A program made the translations under genes and the position numbers. From Bugula neritina (lineage: Eukaryota; Animalia; Bryozoa): a stretch of 64,000 nt of DNA. The notes under the pieces are model-generated. The model worked only from the letters and a program-made list of their open reading frames with translations. It had not been told where the DNA came from and did no database searches. Where the stretch lies: assembly GCA_964035545.1 (NCBI GenBank), contig OZ037770.1:5590729-5654728 (forward strand), read 5' to 3'. Below, in pieces: positions 1-12,900 of the stretch (positions within the stretch are counted from its first letter, which is position 1; every line of letters starts with the position of its first letter).

Positions 1-1560
1 ACATACTAGCAATGATGTGGGTTAAAGATTAGCATATTTTCTAGGCTATAAATAAGACTGAGAATTAATTAGTCATGTGACTAGCAGGAATAATGAACTA
101 AATAAGTTGGACTAGTGGCTCAGCCTGCTGCGTTTAGAGTTTAGACTATAATTCCATTGTGACTACAGATCGGGTGCAGGTTTGACTCCCCTCCCTGAAT
201 AGGCTATTTCTAGAAATACAGAGTCATGTTCTGCTAATACCAGTGTAGAAGAGATTTCATAACCTCTTTAAATTTGTTTCATTATTATATCCTATTAAAT
301 GACATTGTATGACACAATCTAACACACAAAAATGAAATGATCGCTCAAATTGTTATGCAATTTATGTTCAAGTTTGTAATTTTGTGTTTGTAATTTTGTG
401 TTTGTAATAATATACCTGGCTACTTGACTCCTACAGGATTAGCAGCCTATCTAATACAGGGTTAGTCTCAATACCTTACAACAAGTCTCAATACCTTACA
501 ACAAAGACCATACTTCATAGTAGGAATCATAGCACTAAGGCTAAACAGTGTGAACTGTAGAGTGCAGACAGCATAGAGCAATCAATAATAAAGGAATAAA
601 CAACCAGGTTTTGTGAAAGAATATTCAATGCTCAGTTCATGATATGCAATTAATAACACTTCAATATGCTAACAAGATTCAGTAATAAATGCAGCTGACA
701 GGTGAGTTATAATTAGCTCATCAAACTCAAACCGAGTCACCAAAAATCATCTTCAATAAGAGAATAGATACCTTTTCTAGTTATACACAAGGGAAGAAAA
801 CTCCAAATAATAATTGGAATCAAACGAGGCTTACACAACAAACACATGATTGGAGATGCAATCTGAAGACGTGCTAGTTACTAATAACTACCTTGTTGTG
901 AGATATGGGAGTAGATTTAGAGAGAGATAGTAGGACCTTATCTGACATGACTCAGTAAATTGTTCCTTTCCATGTCAGTAACCATGTGAATCCAACTGTA
1001 TGCTAATTTAGACACATCAACATCTCAAACTGCTTTCTATCTTGTCATTAGCATAAACCTCTCACGAGGACATGATATATTTCTAAAAGTTGTTTTTATT
1101 TCTTTTGGCTTAAAAGTGAGTGAGTTTGAATAATGTGTAACTGTGTGTACCTAGAGGTGCACCTAATAAGATTAAAGGTAGATGAAGTTGGGGAAAGCCT
1201 GTGTTCTAGCAGAGAAAAGTAGCAAGTCATCTTATTAGTAAAATTTCAACCAGCGCCCCAAAATAAAAGTTATTGAAAAATTAAAGAATCTAGATTGTTG
1301 GAACTGTTCTTACTGCACGTAACTAGGAGAGGGGTTTATGGAGAATTCAAGTTTTAGATGATGCCTATTATCCAATATTAACTTCTGGGTTTTGAATAAA
1401 GATGTTTAACTTCTACCGTAAAACAAGAGACACAACCCCAATATAATAAATACAGTAACACTGTGCTTGCATATGAACCCAAGTACTACTTAACTTGACG
1501 TCAGGTTATACTTTAGCTTAATTCCAAGTACTACTTGATACCAGGTACGATATAACTTAC

Positions 1561-2163
1561 CACTTTGCGTTCCATCGTGTGTAAAGTAATTCAAGTCATT
1601 CTGGGGGTAGTCCAGGTTGTCACTGTGATACGGCGGAGTCATGCTATGAGCTGAAGGTGACGGGTTTTTTAAAACTGAAGGCAGCGGCGCCTTGTTACTG
1701 ACATGCTTTGATTTCTTGGATGATTTTCCAGATTTCTTTAATCCATTTCCAAGATAATCCAAACGCCTATCCTGCTCTAACGTCGCGGCGAACGTTACTT
1801 TATTGCCACTTCCCCCTGAGCGTTTATCCATAGTAATATATCCGTTGTGAGTCGAGTCATCGGCTGACAGCCTTTTGCCTTGTTGGTTTTTCAACGCTGC
1901 CGGGTTTGAAGGTGGACTCGGCGGGGGTTCAAGCTCCCGAGGGAGTTTGCTACTGTGCCTCCTTATCAACTTCTTGAAGCCCTTCTCCTTAGTTAAGGGC
2001 CTTCTTGTGATTAACTTGGGCGGTTGAATTGTATCATTGTGAGAATTGTTACTCAGAAATACCTCGTCTTCATCAAACATCGGTGGAGGAGCAGGGAACC
2101 CCTCGTCAGACTTTTGTGGATTGTTAGGGGACGACTTTTGTCCACCCTTAAAGAAAGGCATTG
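1561..2163 (-). CDS. SHANK: Large Pro/Ser/Lys-rich SHANK exon between SH3 and PDZ (alternative first exon or symmetric cassette)
   Basis: Open frame of 200 codons from ATG 2161, GC-richer than flanks. Ends at a strong phase-1 donor G|gtaagt (1560). A possible phase-1 acceptor ccccatag|CA lies just before the ATG. Confidence 0.65.
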
Positions 2164-3926
2164 CTATGGGGAGCTAAATCAACCACTGGAAAATTATACC
2201 ACCAGAAGCTCAATGACTATGACCAAAGCGTGACATGAGTAACACAACTCGGTTATGTGACTTCCAACAAAGGCTTCAGTTTGACCTAAGCTCCAGGTTC
2301 CGCTACTTCTTTCACATAACTTGAGGGTGTCAATATACCCCCGCAGTGCAACTTCTCCTGTTCTCGGAAGTATATCTGTAGCTGCTCAAAACCGAAACCT
2401 CCTTCGATATTTTAAACTGATTCCAAGTGCAATATCCAAGTCTATCAGATTTATCACCTGAGCTCCTTCAAATAACGATTTGCATCTCAACTCCCACTTT
2501 CTACTCTAGTCGCTAAGTCAGGCTCAGTGCAAGAGAGTGTAATGTGACGAATACTAGTAGTAGTTGAATGAAGATATGAATCTTGTAACAACGCAGGAGC
2601 AGGTCTATGTTATGGATGTTACCTCAGGAGACTAAACAGCTCGAGTAGTGTTAACCTGCTAGTAATGAATCTGTCACGATCCTTATGTTATGCATAAATC
2701 ACTGAGGTTGGTTTATACCTGGTGTGAGCTGTGATAGAATGCAGCCAAGTGTGACCAGAGACTGTTCAATGCTACACTACAGTCAGAGGAGAAGATCTAG
2801 GAGCAACACAACCACTCAATCTGACTTCTACCACCTTTTTATATCTGCTTTGAGTTGAAAAGAACTTTGATTTTGGAAGATAACTACATATGCTGATCAT
2901 ATTTATTCCCAACTGATATTAATTTAATGTTTCAAGAGAAATTAAATTTAAATCCCAATATTATATATAAGTAAATTATTGACCAGTCTTTACCTATGAT
3001 GTGATGTATTGAGTTTATTAGACTCATTTAGAACATAATATAACAATTACACGTATTCAAGTTAGGGGACACTCACTACCTACTATCTGCTTATAATAAA
3101 CTCTCTAAGATAGGTATTGTTATTCCCACCCTTTCCCTGGGGGAACCCCTGATGGTAAGGGAGTTTTAGGCAAGTTATTCATATGAAGCCTAGGAGCAAG
3201 ATTTGTTCTATAAGCAGCTCCGAGTTAGGTGTGAATGAGTGCAGTAGGGGATTCTCTAGTTTGGAGTTTCAATAAACTTCAACTCCAAACTCAAATTACT
3301 GCACTCATTCACCCCCAGCTCAGAGCTGCTTATAGACCAATAGCCGTTCTGATTGGATGCTTTTCGTGACACCACCAATGTTCCCCCTATCCCGTACGGG
3401 ATTCACACCCATGACCTTGAGCTTGCTAACAACTCTAACCACTAGACCACTGACGCTCCCTTATGGAACCTAGGCCATCACTACATAAATTACTCCAATA
3501 GGAGTCAGGCTTACTAATTAAAATAAACAAACAACTTAAGTTAACATTATCAACTGCCTTATTTAACTTGACACACATAACTTTACTATAACATATAACA
3601 TCTCTCACAAAGATAACTAGATTCAGTAAATCTTGATAATCTTTAAAAAAAATCTAGGTGGCCAGAAATCTTCCACACGGTTACTATGTTTTATATTACC
3701 AGTTAATTACCATTAACTATATAAATCAATAAAATTCACACACTACTTCGCTGAGTGGATTAAAGTTATTAAAAAACCGCAGCTAATAATCCATGGGATA
3801 AATCTAACTTTGAGGTTTTTAAGTTCCTTTTTATATTTTAATCAATTTCTCGCTTCGTGTTTACTTAAACCTTGTTTTTATTTTACAATACCTATATACT
3901 TTATCTATGTCATGCCTCAAGTTTGT

Positions 3927-3978
<52 letters not shown>

Positions 3979-6900
3979 GCATAATGCATAATATATAATG
4001 AGATAGGCTATCAATATAATGCAATAAAAATATAGATCAACTCACAACCATCAATGCAGAGCTGTGTTGTCACAAGTTATTATTACATTATTGTTACCTA
4101 GCAACTAGAAATTCATCACTTAAATATTGCAGCTGCACACTACTTTTGCATGTAGTTGATAAGGGCAGATGTTACAATTAATAGATATTTCAGCATGTAA
4201 ATAAATTATCTAGCTTAATGTATAAAATACCATAATATTTTATAGCAGGTGACACACCAAATGATATATTATAAAACATAGAAACCCCAACAATAAAGAT
4301 ATAAGTTAACATAGAACGTACATAGATACACAATAATATATCTGTAATCTGTAACATGATATCACACAGAATATACAATATATAATACAACACTATAAAA
4401 TATATTATAACATATAATATAATGTCATATAGTTAACTTAACAAATGTAAGAGTTTCTATACATTCTGTTTTATAAACTATTCTAAATAAACATGCTGCA
4501 TGTAGAATTTCTAGAGTTCAACCCTACCAAACACTGCAATGCATTGTTTTCATTGATCATCATATGTCCTGTTAAAACTGTATAATAATATTTCAATACT
4601 TTATAACATGTTAGTAATAATCAGATATTGATAATCAGTTGCATTGAAATTTAAAAAAATCTTAAAAATAATTTAAGATAACTATACCATAATACTATAT
4701 TCCAATAAACACAGGTCACTCAACTAATAGCACTAACTATAAATTCACACTGCAGTCTCCTTCAATGTTGACAGACATAAAAACAATTTATCAGTATTTG
4801 GTGAACATAACTTTTAAGAATTGTTTTCTAAGGAATGCTATTTGAGTCAATGGAAAGATTTTACCTTAAAGTATGTTAAATATAAACCACACATACCACC
4901 CAGCCTACAACCTATGCAAATATACTGATGAAAGATGAGAAATTCTCAATAACAAAAAACTTATTTATTTTAAATATTTTATTCCAACATATTTTCATAT
5001 TTTAGTTCTTGTGGTATTTAGCTCTAAACTAATAGACACGGTATCTATTGGTGGGAGTATATATACAAATACAAGCAAACAGGGAAAATTAAAATACATT
5101 TTCCTAAGGAATAAGCTATCAGCCAATAACATACAGTAATGTAATGTTTACACAATGAACACAATACACTAATTGTTTGATATGCTAAACTATTGTGTAC
5201 TGGGAGATAGGAAGAGCACTTCGCATATACAGCTAATTGGGTGCTACATAAATCAGTAATAGGCATTCCAAATAGATAATTATTCTTCAAAGAGCCCTAC
5301 TATGGTTGTGTTAGTCCACTATTATAGTTATGGTACTCTATCATTATAGTTATGGTACTCTAATATTACAGTTATGGTACTCTAATATTATAGTTATAGT
5401 ATTCTAATATTATAGTTATGGTACTCTAATATTACAGTTATGGTACTCTAATATTATAGTTATAGTATTCTAATATTATAGTTATGGTACTCTAATATTA
5501 TAGTTATGATACTCTAATATTACATATTTCTCAGTTAAATATTTCAGGCCTCTAAACTTGCTAAATTTTTATTCTCAGACATGAATTTCTAATCCCCAAG
5601 CCTTTCAACTGCTCAGCCAATATTTTACCCCAACACCTCTACGCATTACTAGTAATACATGAGTATTACCTACATAGCTATAACCACTAGACCACCTGTG
5701 AATGGTTCATATATAATGTGTAATTCATAATTCAATTTGTTAATTATGGTCATTATTTAATTAGAAAGACATGAAATAAAATCTATAACGCAAGTTTAAC
5801 AGGAAGCTCTCAGCTATTGCATGATGGGACAGTGAACATACCCATCATGGTGATTCAGTCATTAGTATGCACAATACTATAAACTTACATCTCCACTGCC
5901 TACACAGTTCAAAGCTCCAATAAACATCATAATTTTAAACTAAATCTTCAACTAAAATAGGTTAATGTAAAAACCACAGCTAAAGGGTGACTTCATTAAC
6001 CCCCCTATCCCACCTAAGACGCCCTAGAGACAAGGCTAAGATTGATAGCAGTGATAAATCTGTATATTACAGTTCAGTGCCACTGTTTGAGATTATTAAG
6101 AATTAATGTATCATCCTTTGCCACAGCCATTAATCTGGTTACACAAGTGTGTGGAATATTAGTTAGTAGCAGGAAAGAGAGGTGCAGATGGTGCGTAGAT
6201 CTACCCAACCATCCTGTTTACTCCATCCGCATCTAATACTATATAATACACCATCAAGTAGCAATGTAGTCACTGTGGGTGATGCGGCTATTGTGTTTTT
6301 AATTTTATTCACTAATAAAGTGGAGTTGCCAGTTACGAAGTCAGTTGCCAATTTGTCTTACCGGCAATAGTGTTAATTTAAAGTTGCCAGTTATGTGTGC
6401 ATTGCCAAATTGGCTCTAAATATACACTATTGTTTGCATATGGGTTGGTGAGACATGAGAGAACTTAGCCAAGTGGAAAATGTTTACCTGCCATTTACCT
6501 GCAGCCTATAACACTACCTGCACTCTATATTCTAAACTGTAGTCTATAACACTACCTGCAGCCTATAACACTCCCTGCAATTTATATATGTTAAAAGAAC
6601 CCCCAATACGTAACAGAATCGCTACACCTAATAAGAGCTAACAAGCCTGCCATAACTCCAAAACAGAAGTTGTCTGTTCAAAGTTGACTCTACAAATTAC
6701 AACTGCTGGTAGCACGTGCACCTGTGTTATGATGCTATATATAGATTCTTTTATGTTGCTACGTTTTTTTTCCACGAATAAATAGCAAACAGTTTAAAGG
6801 TTGGAGCTAAATGATTTGATTGTGAGCCAAAATATGTGTTTGACAAATATAGCTGAAACTCTTGACTTACCATTAGTCTGTCTCTTCACTTCAGCCACGT

Positions 6901-9900
6901 GGTCGGGAGAAAACCACCCTTCCTTATCACCAACTTTCCCTTCCCACAAGCCACCATCTCCGACAGTCAAAACTACACAAACATACAGACACACAATGCA
7001 ATTAGCTGAATACACATCTAACTAAAAGCTTAAACTTTGTAGAAAAATCTCTTAGGGCAGGTGTACATTTTTAACTGCATTGATACTTAATTTAACTCCG
7101 ATTGGTTGTCTCATCACAATATCAGGTTATAATTATTCTAAGATTTGTTAAATTAAAAGTGACACACGAAAACCTACACAGAACAATAATTACAAACAGA
7201 TGACAATGAAATAATACTTCTAGAAAAAACTCAGCATTTTTCATTTGACAGAATTAAAAGCTATCAAATCACACAAACACTTTTCCCTATTGAAGTAATT
7301 TGCATATCTCCTAGACAACGATAGTAATGGTAAGTGCGGCGTAGTAAAGTATCAATGTAGACCAAGAAATCCTTATGCACTCGAAGAAATTAATAAGATT
7401 TATGCTACTTTAGAAGATAAAAAACCTTACAGTTGTTTTTGTAAACTAGTTGAGTAGAAATGAAACTTATACAAGTACATGATTGAAGCAGCTGCTTAAG
7501 TTTCATCTCGGAGTTGACAAGATGCCAAAACAATTAAAGAATTAAGTTTGCTGCATATGTGTATACTGCAGTATTAGTTGTGTATATATAATCACAAGGT
7601 GGAAGCAGTGCATATATTATGTTAGTCACAAACAGCATATATACTTTATATTACAGGGCAAAAGTAATGCATGTAGATCTACTTTGCAGAGCAAATCAAT
7701 TTGATATGTTAGTTAAACGTACATATACTTTATATTAGTAAGTAGAAGTAGTTCATGTATATCATAGTTCAATATATTATAGTTTGTAAAGCAAGCCAAT
7801 TTAGGTAAGGTTAGGGTCTCTTTTCTTAAGTTCACTTCCTTTGTAAAATATAGCTAATCTTGCTTCCCTATATCATAAGGGAGCGAAAGATTATATGGTG
7901 TGATGTAGGCCTATACCTACAGGTTTCATTGGCATATCATTGCTGTATAATCTGAGAGGTATCTGCAGATTAACCCCATAGGGTCAAATCTGCAGCAAAT
8001 CCTCTGTATGATGAACTATGAGTCAATACCAGTAGTTAAGGTAGTGTATTATCTCTACTGCTTGTATCACCTAATCTATGGGGACTATCTTACTTCCCTT
8101 AAAGATTCCTATTATGTTACATTGTTAAATAATGATAGCATATGTAACATGTGATTCTGTATTCCCAGCATTCTAACACTCTTGTTATTGGTTAACGACT
8201 TCTTAATTATGACATATCCATTCTTTATAAAGTATTTACTAGAGTTGAACAATAGAGAAACCTGTCTAATCATGTCACTGTGAACCTGAGCTTGCTATTT
8301 TGACCTTGTTAAGGATGTCGTTTCCATATAATTTGTATTTATCTCATCACTATATAACTTACTACAACCACTTGCTAGCACCACATGCAGCATGCCATAA
8401 CTTATGCCATGATTTCATGTCACACACTGGAGTCAGAATAGCTATTGTATCACAAGCCCTTAGTGACCCATAATAATACACATTTTATTTATGATGTTCA
8501 TATCTAATGCAGTTTTTATGTGATGGGATAATAAAGAAAGATTATTGTCCCAATTGCAATTTAAAACAGAAATATTATATATACATGATTTCCAGACGAA
8601 TTTACCATTCAACAATTTTCAGCTGCAACGCCCTACCCAGCTCCACTCCATACAAAATACTAAGAATTAATGCTAGAAACATCCGTTGCTATTCACTTTG
8701 CTTAATGCAAATTAGTGTAACTGAGTGGGAGTGAGAAAACAGTTTTCCAAGTTTTAAAAAAGACAACTCCGATTAAACTAAAGGTTTTCATAATCATTGT
8801 TTTTTAGAACAGAAAAGTTTAGTATATTTTATTTAATGGCTTTTAGGGTAAATAATTTACACAATGTTATATAAACAGGCTTATAGAATATTGTATATAC
8901 TTGGTGTATATATAACTACATGGTATATACATGATAGTATATTATACACATGTGTACAGTTATATACACCTGCATATACATGCATAAAATATGATGAAAA
9001 AGAAAACAAAGAAGATCTATTACTTTGCTTTTGTTTTCATGATTAACATGATTCATGTATTACAAAATGATTATATCAACAAACACTGACTAAGACTTTC
9101 GCATTCACTTTGCTTACTTGATCGGCCATCGAACTAGGTATAAATACGTTACAATATAAATACATTAACAAATACATTACAGTATAAATATGTTACAATA
9201 TATACCCATTGAGAACTACATTACAGTATAAATATGTTACAATATATACCCATTAAAACCAACATTACCAACACATTACCTAGTAAGTATGCTACATTAT
9301 TGCTCATTACAGAGTATAGATGGTAGAGTTAGAGCTGGTCTTACCCAGTAACTTATTCTCACACTCTCTGAAGCTGTACATAATACAGATATCACATGAT
9401 AAGCAAATCTTGTGTACAGCCTTCCTCTTTTACTGCGTATATCAACACCTACACTGACTAACACAGATAATGTGCACAAGTCAGTGTAATGCATCTCAGT
9501 AATTACTTCATTACGTTCAAGTGGAGGTTATGCATTGATGAAGCATGTATTCATTTAACATCATATTACTTTACATTCCTCACATTTACTCTCTGTAAAA
9601 CAATTACTGGACTAGAGATTAGTTGAACATCTGCCAGGTTATTTATAAAACAAGTTTTAGGCAGTGAAGTTGCCTTTCCTTTGAATTCTGGGAGGGGGGA
9701 ATAAGTGTGTGGTGAAGGATGTAAAGACAAACACATGTTAAAATGCCAAACTTTAACACCATTTATATTTATACAAAAGACACAAATATTTTTCACTTGA
9801 GTGTTTAAATGTAAAGTTTGAGTTCTTAACTTATTTTTTTGGTAAGAACAGTTTTAATTATTAAATGAGTTGACTCAACACAAATGCACCAATCAATGAG

Positions 9901-12900
9901 GAGTTTGTAAAACCTAGACTAATCACAACTACAGTGAGTGATTCTACAGAGAGAATTTTAATTATATCTAACTTTCAACAACATTTTTGTTTCACTCGAG
10001 ACTGATGGAATTTAAAAACATGTTTCTGAGGAAGTATAAATTTTGTGATAGAGAAAAGCAAAAGAAGTTCTCTACCTAATCTTATATGACACCTTTTTGA
10101 CACCTCCATGACACAACAGACAACCTCCATGTTGTTTAAACACAAACCAATCTGCTAAATAAACTCACAAGCCTCAACTTCACCAAAAAAAACACACAAG
10201 AATTATTACATACCACTAGCAGACTTTTTTAAAACCTTTTTCTTTTCTCTTGTCATTCTCGTAACTTACTGGTAAGTACACCAGTGTACCGATTGACTTA
10301 CACTTACTGATTGCTCAGTGACATTGTCTGTTGATAGAAATACTGTGAACCATAGCTTTATCAGTTATTCCTAACCCTAAATCCTAACTAAATTTAAACA
10401 GGATTCTTGGCTATTCTTCAGTCACACAAAGCGAGTTGCACGACCGTGTAACGCAGACTATCTGGTGATAAGAGTGTAAAAATACATTTTGATAAGATGT
10501 TACTTTGTCCATTGTTTTAATAACATATGAGTTTGATAAGCAAAGCTGTTTTATTATATTACTGTATAATAGCACTATCGTCTAATTGATAGAACAAATA
10601 ATACAATTGATAAATTACTACAATCCATAATATTATGTCACTTATCAATGATGAAACCTATACCACACATATGGCAGCTTAGTTTATAGATTCACATTGA
10701 AGTAAATATGTTACTAACTGTTTTCAATCATCAATTCAGCAAACTTTTCCACATTCAAATTGATGACGGTTAATAAACATAAATATTAACATAAATACAC
10801 ATGTTGTGTAATATAGTAATATATAATATGTTTATAAGATAAGTATTTATCCTAAAATATAAATAAATGTGTGATATATAATAAATATGATACAATATTG
10901 TAATATTAACTAAACATGCAGTAAATAAAGTTGACTTTTTCTGTCATCTGTAAGCAATATGCTATAATATATTAAGATTATTAAATTATAATACATGACT
11001 GTAAATAAACTATGGAAGCACCGTGAATTGTTAGTTACAATAAAATTAGCATACAGTATGTAATACACTGCAAAGACTGGTGGTCACAGTGATGGTTTAG
11101 TAAATGCCAGGTTGAGGGTTTGGATCCTGGCAAGACTGTTAGTGATGTCATAACTCCTCCTAGACTGCCTACAGAACCCCCATCCCAAAAAGCTAAGGTG
11201 TGAGCGTCAAGCCCCTCACCACCAGAAAACCCCACAGGAGTGGAGACTTGAGACAAAACATTGGATTGTGTATTGAAATACAGCATATAACTAACCTGTT
11301 ACCAGATCGCCCTTGGAGAGTCTAAGGTGACCGTTTGCATCGGAGTTATACTCTCTTGTACAAATAAAGGTTTTCCCAGGCACCGTATTCGGCAAGTGGA
11401 AACTTGCAGCTGGGCGTAGGGAGGTAACTCTAGTGAGAGCTGAGTGACCGAGTGTGAGAGAATCGTGGAATCCTGAAATATAAATTATATAACATATAAT
11501 ACATACAATATATATAATATAATATAATATATAGTATATATAATAAATATGCTTATGTTTATACTGTATATGTATATTCATTTAATTGAAAATATAATAA
11601 AAAAAATAAAAATTATCTGCTTCAAATTTAAATTTAGCCAACAAAAACAGAGTGCAAAGTAAAAACAAGTTTTATAACCGACAGATGAAATATGACATAT
11701 TGTCTAGGATGTAACACTTTCTGTCATAAAACCCACTGTATTCCTCCAAGTTGTCAAAATGTCATGCGTTGATCACATGATGCAATTCATATTTTTATAA
11801 AATAAACTGAAATGAAATTGCAGCGAAACAAAAATGACGTCAAATAATTTGAGTTTCAAAATAGTTAGCTATAAACAAGGCTAAATATAGGCGTACCATC
11901 AGCATACTGCAACTATTAACGTTCTCATTGCAACTACATGGACAAGTTTTCCATAACGACCATTTGCAGAGGGGCAGACAACTCAAATATGCAGTCAAAG
12001 ATATTTCTGACCAAATGCACAGTTGGCAAGTCTAGTTGGTTATGTTAAAATTACACTTTCTGTTTGACAGGTGTCAGCAAGTAGTATAGAGTTGCATATA
12101 GCTACTCTTTTAGTTTCACTAGCTTCACTTTAAGAATCAAAATAATTTTGCAATATCTGCTGTAACTGCCAATATGGCTACCAATGTTGTAAATAGGTAA
12201 ACAAATAATTGCATAATAAATTTAAAAAAAATAAAAACAAGACACAAAATAAACAAATAAATAAATCATAACACTTAGGGTAATTAACAATATTAATTCA
12301 TACTAATAAATACAAGGCATGTACAGACAGGCATTTAGCTGGTAGAAACACAAAATCTCAGTAAAATGAAACGAATATCACGGCAACAACAATATAACTA
12401 CTACTCTACATATTATTGAGGATATTGGGAGTTACCTCCCAGAGCACTGGCTAAACTCAATCTTGATCTGGGCAAGTATAGTCCTAGAAATACAGCTTAG
12501 CAGGTTATTTAATTGAATTAACATAGTATGCGAAATTAAAATACGGTTGTTTAATTAGAGAAGAAAATAGCTTTACAGTATATATCCTAATGATCATGAA
12601 TATCAATTGCTGGTAGAAATATATCTACACTACATGTATCAACAATTATTAAATAACTTAAGCTTTAGTAATTGATGCATAATCAAGCGTTTTGATTAAC
12701 TCTAAGTATGAGCAGCGACAATCAATTTTAAATTAATCACCACAACAATAGCAATCCAACATATTGCTCATCTGTGAGAAAAATTTGTATTATAAATTCA
12801 TCGGATCATCAAAGTTTTTAGAGCAGCGATAAGACTAACTGGCATACGAATTAAAACCATACGAGTGTCAACAGGTTTTGATGATGACATGAAGGGCGTG

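Noticed and set aside
108-195. tRNA-like A/B box fragment
   Set aside because: Too degenerate to call; at most an old SINE head.
11035-11286. 83-aa ORF after the first SH3 exon
   Set aside because: No homology and no convincing splice sites; the SHANK frame stops at 11291 if the intron is retained.
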